A DNA stretch of 64,000 nucleotides from an uncultured Chloroflexia bacterium (GTDB lineage: Bacteria; Chloroflexota; Dehalococcoidia; DSTF01; JALHUB01): assembly GCA_963703345.1 (NCBI GenBank), contig OY969814.1, positions 1,568,001 to 1,632,000 of the forward strand, written 5' to 3'. The position numbers and the translations under genes are program-made. The notes below the pieces were generated by a model, which worked only from the letters and a program-made list of their open reading frames with translations, did not search any database and had not been told where the DNA came from. Below are positions 39,867 through 48,801 of this stretch, piece by piece. Within the stretch, counting starts at the first letter, position 1, and each line of letters begins with the position of its first letter.

Positions 39867-41219
39867 GTGACGGCATTGCAGACAGACCGCAATTGCGACG
39901 CGCCGGCCCTCGAGGACCTCCAGCGCTGCGTCCGTTGCGGCTACTGCCTCACTGACTGCCCAACTTACGTCGAGCTGGGCCACGAAGCGGAGTCGCCGCG
40001 AGGACGGCTTCATCTCATCGATGCCATGGTCCGCGGACGCGTCAGCGCTACGCCTGAGCTTCTGGCGCACCTCGATCGCTGCGTTCAGTGTCGCGCCTGC
40101 GAGACTGCCTGCCCCTCCGGCGTCGCCTTCGGGCGCATAATGGAACGGGGGCGCGCCGCCGTACTGAGAGCCGGAAACGGGCCTTTGAGCTGGCGAGTTC
40201 GGGCGTCGATGGCCGGCCTCTTGCTGCCTTACCCGCAGCGTGTTCGCTTTGCGGCGGCGACGCTGCGCTTCTATCAGCGCTCCGGACTCCAGCGCGTCGT
40301 TCGAGGGAGCGGCATCTTGAGGCTGTTCCCCGGCCATCTGGATGAAATCGAGCAGTTCCTTCCGTGGCTGCCCAACGCCGTCCCTCCTTTGCAGGCAGTG
40401 TGGCCCTCAGCCGAAGCGCCGACGCATCGCGTCGCCCTGCTCGGCGGCTGCGTGACTCCCGTGCTCTACCCGAACCTGAACGACGCGACGCTGCGCGTTC
40501 TCCTACGAAACGGATGCGAAGCTATAGTCCCTTCCGAGCAGACCTGCTGCGGCGCGCTGCACGTCCATGCCGGCGATCTGAAGTCGGCCAGACGCCTCGC
40601 CCGCCGGAATATCGACGCATTCCTATCGCTCGGCGTCGAGGCTGTCGTCGTCAACGCGGCCGGCTGCGGCTCGACCATGAAGGAATACGGCCATCTCTTG
40701 AAGGACGATCCGGAATACGCGGAGAAAGCCACCGCCTTCTCGGCGCTCGTGAAGGACATCAGCGAGTACCTAGTTGCCCTGCCCTTCCGCGCCGAGCTGG
40801 GCACGGTCCCGGGCCGCGTCACTTACCAGGACTCGTGTCACCTGGCGCACGCGCAGGGGGTGAGAGCGCAGCCGCGCGCCATCCTGCAAGCGATTCCGGG
40901 GCTCGAGTTCGTCGAGATGCCTCAGGCTGATCGTTGCTGCGGCAGCGGCGGCGTCTACAACCTGACGCAGCCGCAGATCTCCTGGCGACTACTGCGGGAG
41001 AAGATGAAGACGGTCGCCGAGACAAGGGCCGACATCGTTGCGACCGCAAACACCGGCTGCATGATGCAGTTGGAGGCCGGCCTGCGACGCTTCGGGCCGC
41101 GGAAGACCCAGATGGCGCACGTGGTCGAGCTCCTGGACGAGGCATACCGCGCCCTCGACCGCGAAAGCAGGAGCCGGCTAGCCGCCGACGTTCCGCACAA
41201 ACACCTCGACGCGGTCTAG
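39867..41219 (+). CDS. glcF: Glycolate oxidase iron-sulfur subunit GlcF
   Basis: Two CxxCxxCxxxCP motifs and two CCG domains. Confidence 0.9.
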   Translation: MTALQTDRNCDAPALEDLQRCVRCGYCLTDCPTYVELGHEAESPRGRLHLIDAMVRGRVSATPELLAHLDRCVQCRACETACPSGVAFGRIMERGRAAVLRAGNGPLSWRVRASMAGLLLPYPQRVRFAAATLRFYQRSGLQRVVRGSGILRLFPGHLDEIEQFLPWLPNAVPPLQAVWPSAEAPTHRVALLGGCVTPVLYPNLNDATLRVLLRNGCEAIVPSEQTCCGALHVHAGDLKSARRLARRNIDAFLSLGVEAVVVNAAGCGSTMKEYGHLLKDDPEYAEKATAFSALVKDISEYLVALPFRAELGTVPGRVTYQDSCHLAHAQGVRAQPRAILQAIPGLEFVEMPQADRCCGSGGVYNLTQPQISWRLLREKMKTVAETRADIVATANTGCMMQLEAGLRRFGPRKTQMAHVVELLDEAYRALDRESRSRLAADVPHKHLDAV

Positions 41220-42758
41220 CTGATCGGCCAAGGGCAGCGACCCATCCAGCCGCAAGCGTGAGCCTTCCGGCAGCTCCGACAGCGGCTCCGTTCGCTTCAG
41301 TTGCGCCTGATAGACTTCCCAGCGGCCATCCGATGGGCTCCACACCGCGCTCCGCCGGCGTTGCAGCCTTTCGCGCACCAGCGCTTCCGTCGGTACGCAC
41401 TCAACTGCCAAGAATCGCACGCCGGCCCGCTCGGCAAAGTCCCTCGCCTGCTCCCGCGTTTTGCGCGCCAGATAGGAAGCATCCAGAATCACAGGCCTCC
41501 CCCAGCTCAAGAAGGGCGCCGCCTGAAGCAGCATCTCGGCGTAGGTCAACTCCGTCATCTCCGGCGAATAGATGCCTGAATCGATAGGCTCTGCCTGCGA
41601 TCGCCTGGGATCGAGACCGGCCAGCTTCTTGCGGGTAACATCGGAAGAGATCACCACCGCCCCCAGTCGGCTGGCCAGGGCATGTGCCAGGTAGCTCTTG
41701 CCGCTGCCCGTCACGCCGACCATGGCGATTAGGGCCGGACGCACGGAATGTGAGGCGTACTCTTCGGCCAGCGCGAAGTAGCGTCGAGCGCCTTCCGCGG
41801 CCGCCTCCTTCTGCTCGACGGGTATCTCCGGCTGGTCCAGCTGGAACCCGTCCACCTTGCCCCTCACGAATGCCCGATAGCATTTGTAGAAATGGAGGAC
41901 GAGCGGCAGCGTTGTGTCGAGCGACTGCGCCAGATAGAGGCCGACCATTTCGTCGGACAGCACGGGATGGCCGCGGAAATCCACATCCATCGCCAAGAAG
42001 GCGAGGTCCGACGCGGTGTCTGCGTATCGGAAGCGCTCATTGAACTCGACGCAGTCGAAGACGCAGATGCCGTCCTTGAAACAGACAGCGTTTGTGCGCA
42101 AGTCGCCGTGGCAATCGCGGATCCGGCCGTCTTTGACGCGGTTGTCCAGCAACCAGGTATCTTGGGCCAGAAAGCAGTTGACGTAGGAGCGTATCTTTTC
42201 GAACTGGTCGCGAGAGATCGTCCGTCCGACGTACGGCTCGCTTTGGTCGAAGTTCTCGCGCCAGTTGGCGGCAACCGCGTCCGGTTTCCCGAATGACTGG
42301 ATGTAGTCGTTGGTCTCCGCTTGGGCATGAAACGCCACTAGCTTCCCGGTCAGTCGCTCCAGCATGTCGCTCGTAATCGCGTCCTGTTCGAGTAGGCGCT
42401 CCATCATGCGCTCCTGCGGCAGGCGCTTCATCTTGACGGCGTAGTCGACCACCTCGCCGGTTCCATCGAGAGACACCGTGTCGCTCTTCACGGTGACGGC
42501 CACGACGCCCAGATAGGCATCGGGGCACAACCTCCGATTCAGCCGCACCTCTTCCTCGCAGTAGAATTTCCGCTTTTCCAGCGTCGTGTAATCGAGAAAG
42601 CCCATGTCGACCGGCTTCTTGACTTTGTAGACGTACTCGCCGGCCAGGAGAACGTAGGAGATGTGGGTTTGAATCAGCTCGACGCGTTCGACTGGATGAG
42701 GGTATGCCGACGGAAGTAGGAGCGCCTCCACATGCGGCGGCAGCCGTCCCTGAGCCAT
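41178..42758 (-). CDS. Aminoglycoside phosphotransferase-like plus AAA_33 kinase fusion
   Basis: QTHISYV, HGDLR, DCVEFN, GVTGSGKS. Confidence 0.88.
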   Translation of the reverse strand: MAQGRLPPHVEALLLPSAYPHPVERVELIQTHISYVLLAGEYVYKVKKPVDMGFLDYTTLEKRKFYCEEEVRLNRRLCPDAYLGVVAVTVKSDTVSLDGTGEVVDYAVKMKRLPQERMMERLLEQDAITSDMLERLTGKLVAFHAQAETNDYIQSFGKPDAVAANWRENFDQSEPYVGRTISRDQFEKIRSYVNCFLAQDTWLLDNRVKDGRIRDCHGDLRTNAVCFKDGICVFDCVEFNERFRYADTASDLAFLAMDVDFRGHPVLSDEMVGLYLAQSLDTTLPLVLHFYKCYRAFVRGKVDGFQLDQPEIPVEQKEAAAEGARRYFALAEEYASHSVRPALIAMVGVTGSGKSYLAHALASRLGAVVISSDVTRKKLAGLDPRRSQAEPIDSGIYSPEMTELTYAEMLLQAAPFLSWGRPVILDASYLARKTREQARDFAERAGVRFLAVECVPTEALVRERLQRRRSAVWSPSDGRWEVYQAQLKRTEPLSELPEGSRLRLDGSLPLADQLDRVEVFVRNVGG

Positions 42759-42871
42759 TCCTTGCGCTCCTTCGCACTGAAATCGACAGCCGGGGTCAAC
42801 CCAAATATATGGGGATTCCGCAGAATAGTCCACCGGGGAAGGTCGAAGTGGCTAGGAGGAGGTTGCGACGA

Positions 42872-43537
42872 CTACCTCTTGCGCCGGACGGTCCGCCTGA
42901 CAGTGGGCGGGACGACAGGTTGCGTCGCTGGCTGCGGCGACGAGACAAGGGCGGAGACGAGGGCGCTCAACACCTGCGACGACTCCGTCTGACCCGGCAC
43001 GACATTGGAACGAAGCGCCAGGCCGTCGTGAGCGGCTAGCACGAGACTCGCCGCGACGGCCGGTCGCGCCGCCAGCATGACGAGTCCCTCGCGTTCCATT
43101 CTTTCGAAAGCCTTCTCCAGTAGCCGGGTCCAGCTCACGTAGGCGTCCTGCAGCGAATTCCGCACCTTCTCGTTTCGATGCGACTGCGCCCAGATCTCCG
43201 GCAGAAGCAGCCGCCATTGGGCGTCGGTATCGTCACGATACACCAGCGACTCCACGGCCTTCACCAGAGACAGCGCTGTGTCGTCGCCGAGGTCCTCGAA
43301 CTGGCGTAGCCGGCGCGTATGCTCCTCTATCCAGAGAGACAGGAGCTCCAGGAGCACCTCTTCTTTAGAGTCGAAGTGGAAGTAGTACGCCCCCTTCGAG
43401 TAGCCAGCGGCAAGGGAGATCTCTTCGACCGTCGCGTGGTCGTAGCCTTGCTCAGCAAAGACGCGAAGCGCCGCCTCGACGAGTTTTGTCCTCGTCTGTT
43501 GGCGTTGCTGCTGTCTGGCGGCTCTCGCTTCGTTCAA
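42872..43537 (-). CDS. TetR/AcrR family regulator
   Basis: GYDHATVEEISLAAGYSKGAYYFHFDSKEE HTH. Confidence 0.92.
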   Translation of the reverse strand: MNEARAARQQQRQQTRTKLVEAALRVFAEQGYDHATVEEISLAAGYSKGAYYFHFDSKEEVLLELLSLWIEEHTRRLRQFEDLGDDTALSLVKAVESLVYRDDTDAQWRLLLPEIWAQSHRNEKVRNSLQDAYVSWTRLLEKAFERMEREGLVMLAARPAVAASLVLAAHDGLALRSNVVPGQTESSQVLSALVSALVSSPQPATQPVVPPTVRRTVRRKR

Positions 43538-43970
43538 GCCACGATACCTCTGTTTGATTCTCGACCGGTCAGCGCCTCACTGACAGCCCACCCCGACGCG
43601 CCCATCAATCTCCATATGAAGGGCCGAGAAGTGAGTGAGGCTACGCTTTGAACCGGGCCAGCGGAACGGATGCGAATGCAGCGAAAGCGTTGCGAGCCGG
43701 CCTGGAGGACGTGAAACCGAAGAGATCCTGCCTCGGCTAGGCTGCTTGACCACCGCTCATCGCATGCGACGCAGCCAATGGCGTCTGAATCCCACCCCTC
43801 GGTCCCACGATAGCAGGTCGCCGCCAATTCTTCCAAGACGGCGACATCGTCCGTTTGGTAGATTTTTCGGCTCCTCAGGATATGTTTCAGGAAGTGTCCC
43901 GTTATTGCTTTGGTGGTTTGTATAGGCCACCGTCCCGCCACCGCGGGTCAGCAGCTTAACCAGAGAAAAA

Positions 43971-44069
43971 GGCACCGACAAAGGCAAACTCCTCGAAAGA
44001 GGGGGACGCAAAGCCGCAGACCTAAAGCTTGCTGTCGCAGAAGCTATGGCCGCTGGGCTTCCGAAAGCC
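43971..44069 (+). promoter_or_regulatory. c-di-GMP-I (GEMM) riboswitch
   Basis: GGCAAAC-TCCTC-GAAA-GAGGG-GGACGCAAAGCC...CCTAA...ATGG receptor...TTCCG; G at the G20-equivalent position. Confidence 0.9.
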
Positions 44070-44132
44070 TTGCCGAAACGGCGTCGGAGAGGACGCCTTC
44101 GGCGCGCATCAATTCCCCCTTCCCAGGTCCTT

Positions 44133-44170
44133 GCCGTCGTCGGTGACGCTGCCGACGACGGCGCTTTTTG
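44133..44170 (+). terminator. Intrinsic terminator (riboswitch expression platform)
   Basis: GCCGTCGTCGG...CCGACGACGGC followed by GCTTTTTG, upstream of the sigma start. Confidence 0.75.
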
Positions 44171-44207
44171 TGCCTCCGGCAGCCTCGATTGAGAAACGGA
44201 GCGCGAG

Positions 44208-44933
44208 ATGAGAGAAGACCGGAATCAGATGATCGTCAACCACCTGCCCTTGGTGGCTTTCGTGGTGAACCGCATGCCCAGCGAGGGTACGGGCGCTGTC
44301 GGCATCGACCGCGAAGACGCCATGAGCTACGGCGTCGAGGGGCTCATCCACGCCGTCGACGCCTATGACCCCGAGCGCGGGACCACCTTCGCCAGCTTTG
44401 CCATCCAGCGGATCCGCGGCTCGGTGCTGGACGCTGTTCGCAAGCAGGATCCGCTGCCGCGCTCACTGCGCAGGAACGCCAAGGAGATCGAGCATGCGTC
44501 GCAGGAGTTGGCGGTACAGTTGGGCCGCTGGCCGACCCGGAAGGAGATCGCATTCAAGCTGGGAATCCCCCTATCGCGGCTCCAGTACCTTCTCAGCCGA
44601 GCAAGCTCGCGGCTTGTCTCTCTCGAGTACTCGCTGGAAGACCGTCCGAACTACGGTGCCGGCCATGCGCTGGACCCGGTGGATGAGGACATCCTATCCG
44701 ACCCGGCGCGCGCGGCTGAGCAAAAAGCGGCGCTCTCGCAGCTTTCGCAGGCCGTGAACTCTCTTTGTCGAAGGGACAGGGACATCCTTCGCCTGCGTTA
44801 CGAGGAGTGCCGGCCATTCCACGAGATCGGCGAGATGCTGGAGCTGTCGGAATCGAGGGTCTGTCAGCTTCACAAGCGGATCATCACCCTTCTGCGTCGG
44901 GAGATGCGTCCCCAACTGGAAGAGGCGGCTTGA
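44208..44933 (+). CDS. fliA: FliA/WhiG family sigma factor (sigma28)
   Basis: GLIHAVDAYDPERG..FASFAIQRIRGSVLD...DPLPRSLR; EIGEMLELSESRVCQLH. Confidence 0.88.
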   Translation: MREDRNQMIVNHLPLVAFVVNRMPSEGTGAVGIDREDAMSYGVEGLIHAVDAYDPERGTTFASFAIQRIRGSVLDAVRKQDPLPRSLRRNAKEIEHASQELAVQLGRWPTRKEIAFKLGIPLSRLQYLLSRASSRLVSLEYSLEDRPNYGAGHALDPVDEDILSDPARAAEQKAALSQLSQAVNSLCRRDRDILRLRYEECRPFHEIGEMLELSESRVCQLHKRIITLLRREMRPQLEEAA

Positions 44934-44983
44934 CCTTGAGACGCGCAAGGCTTTGGTCTAGACATTTCGCTCTCGATGCAGAC

Positions 44984-45011
44984 TCATCACTGCGGTCTAA
45001 ACTGCCGATAA
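44984..45011 (+). promoter_or_regulatory. Putative sigma28-type promoter for the HD-GYP gene
   Basis: TCATC-N15-GCCGATAA (perfect -10, weaker -35). Confidence 0.55.
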
Positions 45012-45174
45012 TACTGCGAAGAAGGATGCTCAACCTCCATCCTGCCTTCGAATCGCTTTCTTCCGGACGGTTGTGTCCTGAGGGGAACGAATGTCCGGTT
45101 ACGGGAATCTGTCTGTTCTGCACGAGATGTAGTGCGCGGGCTGCCCCAAGCGCCCGCGAAGTGAGTCTTATGTC

Positions 45175-46659
45175 ATGCAGAATGGTGTAGAGCCAGAAGA
45201 CGAATCGAACGGCAGCAAGACGGAACGCCCGCCGCTAGTGTTGGTCCATTCCACGGCCGGTCCCGCCGCGCATGCTGACGCTGATCGCCCCCATGTTCCG
45301 GCGCCCACTTCCCTGCCGGTACAGGCGCGCATCTTCTCAATCGTCGTCTTCCTCTCGGGCCTGGCGCTCATAGGCTACTACGCGCCGCAAGTGTCTCATT
45401 CCGGCCTCGTAGGGCTCATCCTACTGGGGCTTATGGCCGCCGCTTCGGAACGGTTGAGCATCATCGTTTACGGCGAGAGCTGGGTCTCAATAAGCTTCGT
45501 CTGTCTCTTCGCCATTGCAGCACTTTACGGCCCCCCAGGCATCGTCGTGGCGACACCCCTCGCGATTCTGAGCCTGCACTTTCCGCGGCGGATGCTTCCA
45601 GATCGGCTGATGTTCAACTCGGGCAACTCGCTCCTCGCCGATGTTGCATCAGCACTGATCCTCACGTCTTTCCTGGCGGGCGGCTCGCAAATCACGCTGT
45701 CCGCAAGAGTGTTTGGCGTTGCCGTAGCTGCCGCGGCCGCGAACTATGGCGTGAGGTCTGTCCTGATATCGACTGTGGGCGGCTTGGCGTCGGGTCAACG
45801 CCCGTGGACGTTCTGGCGGCAGAACTTCCAGTGGCTGCTCCCCCACTACATCCTCTTCGGTTTCCTTGGTTTGGCGCTGGCGGTAGCTTATCAGCAGATC
45901 GGCGTCACCGGCCTGCTCGCCTTTGCCGCTCCGCCGCTGATGATGCGTCTTGCCATGAAGCAATACGTCGACAAGACTACTCGCAGCGTCGCGATGCTGA
46001 GGCGCAAGAACGACCAGCTCTTGAAGGCAAATCGCGAAATCCTGGCGATGAGCGCGCGCCTCAAAGAGACATATGACGCCACCCTGGAGGCGCTAGCGGC
46101 GGCGCTGGACGCCAGGGACAGCGAGACCGGCGGGCACTCCAGCCGCGTCACGGTCTACACAATGGATATGGCGCGGGAACTGGGAATAGAAGAACGGAGC
46201 GACGTGTGGCTGGATATCGAGCGCGCCTCGCTGCTTCACGACGTAGGCAAGATCGGCGTTTCCGACGCTATCCTGAACAAGCCTGGCCCGTTGACCTCTG
46301 AGGAGTGGCAACAGATGAGAAAGCATCCGGCCATAGGCTACGATATGCTGAAGGACGTAAAGTTCCTTTCAACTGCGGCGGAGATCGTCTACGCGCACCA
46401 CGAAAGATTCGACGGCAAAGGCTATCCGGTCGGCCTCCAGGGCGAAGACGTACCCCTAGGCGCGCGCATATTCGCCGTCGCTGACGCTTTCGACGCGATG
46501 ACCTCGAACAGGCCCTATCGCCGCGCCCTTTCGGTGGACAAGGCGCGGGAGGAGATCCTGGGCAATTCGGGCAGTCAGTTTGATCCCAGAGTGGTTCAGG
46601 CTTTCCTGCAGTGCCTTCAGGGCTGGGCGGATGACTTGAGGGAAAGGCAGGCCGCCTAG
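45175..46659 (+). CDS. Membrane-bound HD-GYP cyclic dinucleotide phosphodiesterase
   Basis: Multi-TM N-terminus; LHDVGKIG, HHERFDGKGYP, VADAFDAMTSNRPYR. Confidence 0.9.
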   Translation: MQNGVEPEDESNGSKTERPPLVLVHSTAGPAAHADADRPHVPAPTSLPVQARIFSIVVFLSGLALIGYYAPQVSHSGLVGLILLGLMAAASERLSIIVYGESWVSISFVCLFAIAALYGPPGIVVATPLAILSLHFPRRMLPDRLMFNSGNSLLADVASALILTSFLAGGSQITLSARVFGVAVAAAAANYGVRSVLISTVGGLASGQRPWTFWRQNFQWLLPHYILFGFLGLALAVAYQQIGVTGLLAFAAPPLMMRLAMKQYVDKTTRSVAMLRRKNDQLLKANREILAMSARLKETYDATLEALAAALDARDSETGGHSSRVTVYTMDMARELGIEERSDVWLDIERASLLHDVGKIGVSDAILNKPGPLTSEEWQQMRKHPAIGYDMLKDVKFLSTAAEIVYAHHERFDGKGYPVGLQGEDVPLGARIFAVADAFDAMTSNRPYRRALSVDKAREEILGNSGSQFDPRVVQAFLQCLQGWADDLRERQAA

Positions 46660-46985
46660 CAGGCAACGAATTGCCTGCGCTCCGATGCGATGACCGTTGA
46701 GGCGAGGAAGAGAGGAGTGTCGTAGGCCCCTGGACGATGACGAGTCTGGCTGGACCTATGCGAATCGTCCGAAGGCCAAGACGGTCGGTGCTATCGAGTC
46801 AATGCCCTGGGTTTGTTGAGCCGGCCCGCTTTTCAGGAGGGCGCGGGCGCCATCTGTAGCTCAAAGAGTCTTCTGAGGCGTCCCTCCTAGAACCAGTGCA
46901 TCTTCTTCATGGTGGCCTCCTGGCAGTGCGCGGCACACGTGGGTGCCGTCCGGATGTGGTTCCTTCCTCTCCACTCGCCTCAACA

Positions 46986-47035
46986 ACATACCGACCCGTC
47001 GGTATGTATTATGACACCCGCTTGTAACTTGTCAA
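46986..47035 (-). promoter_or_regulatory. Sigma70-type promoter overlapped by a TetR-like operator palindrome
   Basis: TTGACA-N16-CATAAT (47035-47008) and ACATACCGAC-CC-GTCGGTATGT (46986-47007). Confidence 0.7.
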
Positions 47036-47208
47036 GGTTCAAATAGGGCCAACCTGAAGCTCAAAGGGAAACGCAGACCCCAGGATACCCGCGAGGAACC
47101 CGACGGTGCAGGAGACACGCCCTAGTCTAAGGGCACAAGGGCTGGCAGGATCAGCGTTCTTGAGCGACTGGTGGGGGGCGAGTTGCTGTCAGGGATGCGA
47201 GGGAAAGC

Positions 47209-48093
47209 TTATCCAGAGGCGCTCGTCCAGCGTTCGCGGCGGCGGTCTCGGTCTTGCTTCGCGGTCTCCAGATTGTGACGCGCTTGCACGAGCAGGTCGA
47301 GAGGGTTGTTGTCGGCGTCTTGAGCTGAGGCGATTCCGGAGCAGACGCCCACCCATAGCGTTATCGTCTGGCCTTCCACGTTCACGGCAACCGGCTTTCG
47401 CGTCACATAACGCTCCAGGCGGCGCAGGAACTTCGAGGCGTCCTCCTGGCTGCATTCGAGCAGGATCAGAGCGAACTCGTCGTCGCCGAGGCGGGCAGCG
47501 ATGTCGGATGACCGCTTTGTTAGCTCCAGCAGGTCCGCTATGTGTTTGAGTACGGCATCTCCCGCCGCCTCGCCATACGCCTCGTTGACCGAAGACAGGT
47601 TGTTCACGTCGAAAACGGCGAGAGAGAGCGTGGAGGCAGTGCGCTGCATGCGCTTGAACTCGTCGCGAAGGCGCAGCCGGAAGTACTCCTCGCCCGGCAG
47701 ACCGGTCACGTCGTCGCGCATCGACGGCGAGAGCGTCCTTTCCAAGCCTTCCGCCGTCTTCTTCGCCCGGTAGATGGCGAAGAGACTGGTGATTACGACC
47801 GCAACCATCAGAAGCTCGACGGCCGCTGCCAAATGCGGAGCCTGCCTTCTCTCATCGAGGAACGAAAGCGAGGCGCCGGCGAGCACAGATATGAGCGCAG
47901 CGATGAGATATCGCCGCAGATCCTGCCATACCTGCGCCCTGCCCGCCGGTGGGCCTTTGGAAGAGAGCTTCTGCAACGTGAGCGCGCGCGTATCGCGCCA
48001 GTCTTCGCTGGCGTCAGCGCGAAGCTCATCTTGAAGCGGCCTCGGCAGGGAATGAGTATCCTCTGGTTCGGAGATGTGTCTGTCTTCGAGCAA
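47209..48093 (-). CDS. Membrane-bound GGDEF-domain protein (GDDEF variant)
   Basis: Two TMs, DDVTGL, RSSD I-site, LGDDEF. Confidence 0.85.
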   Translation of the reverse strand: MLEDRHISEPEDTHSLPRPLQDELRADASEDWRDTRALTLQKLSSKGPPAGRAQVWQDLRRYLIAALISVLAGASLSFLDERRQAPHLAAAVELLMVAVVITSLFAIYRAKKTAEGLERTLSPSMRDDVTGLPGEEYFRLRLRDEFKRMQRTASTLSLAVFDVNNLSSVNEAYGEAAGDAVLKHIADLLELTKRSSDIAARLGDDEFALILLECSQEDASKFLRRLERYVTRKPVAVNVEGQTITLWVGVCSGIASAQDADNNPLDLLVQARHNLETAKQDRDRRRERWTSASG

Positions 48094-48120
48094 GCCGATC
48101 CTCCAACACCGTCAGTTAGA

Positions 48121-48147
48121 TTATCGACCGGCCGGACGACAGGTTTA
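48121..48147 (-). promoter_or_regulatory. Putative sigma28-type promoter for the GDDEF gene
   Basis: TAAA-N15-GTCGATAA on the minus strand. Confidence 0.7.
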
Positions 48148-48249
48148 GCTTAGATTCATGGACGCGGCCCGCCTTTCTCAGCGAAGGAGGCGGCGTTGAC
48201 ACCGGCAGGGACGGTAGTATTATGGATTGGAGAGAACACGAGGCGATAA

Positions 48250-48795
48250 ATGCAAATCGACTGGAGCAAGACGATAGACGATATCCTGTCGCACAAGATA
48301 TCGTGCCTTCGCTGCGGCCGCTTGGAGACGTCCGTTTGTGTTGGCTATTCGCGATCGCCGGCGGTGTCTGACTACGCGCCGCGCTGCCTCGATTGCAGTC
48401 GACGAGAAGGATGCGACGCGCGGAAGCTAGTCGTTCTCTGCCAATCCTGCGCGGAGGAGTTGCATGTCCGGGCGAAGCAGGCGGACGAAGAAGCCATGAT
48501 GGCCCTGCTTATCGACGACTGCCGCAAGGACCTCGAGGACTGCCTCGACTACCTCACCGACTACTGGCAAGAAGAGCTGAACGTCGACCCGGACGATGAG
48601 GAGCACCGGCTGGAAGGGGTTGCGCCAGACGTGTTTGCCGAGGAGAGCGCCTGGCGGGCCCGCCTTGAAGAAGAGTACTTGTCGTATCACCGCTGGTTCC
48701 GGGAGCGCGGCCTTCGCCTGCCTGAGCCGGGTTGGCGCTCCGACTACGTCGAAGAGATCGTCGATCTCGGTTACACCACGCTACTGGGAGACTAA
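48250..48795 (+). CDS. Hypothetical Cys-rich (Zn-binding) acidic protein
   Basis: CLRC, CLDC, CQSC; TTGACA-N17-TATTAT promoter and GAGG RBS upstream. Confidence 0.7.
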   Translation: MQIDWSKTIDDILSHKISCLRCGRLETSVCVGYSRSPAVSDYAPRCLDCSRREGCDARKLVVLCQSCAEELHVRAKQADEEAMMALLIDDCRKDLEDCLDYLTDYWQEELNVDPDDEEHRLEGVAPDVFAEESAWRARLEEEYLSYHRWFRERGLRLPEPGWRSDYVEEIVDLGYTTLLGD

Positions 48796-48801
48796 GGAGC
48801 C

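Noticed and set aside
43540-43960. Possible 6S or other housekeeping RNA in the tetR-riboswitch intergenic region
   Set aside because: No long closing stem with central bubble or other hallmark could be identified by eye
47050-47200. Possible riboswitch-like sequence
   Set aside because: No conserved motif recognised and no downstream gene on that strand
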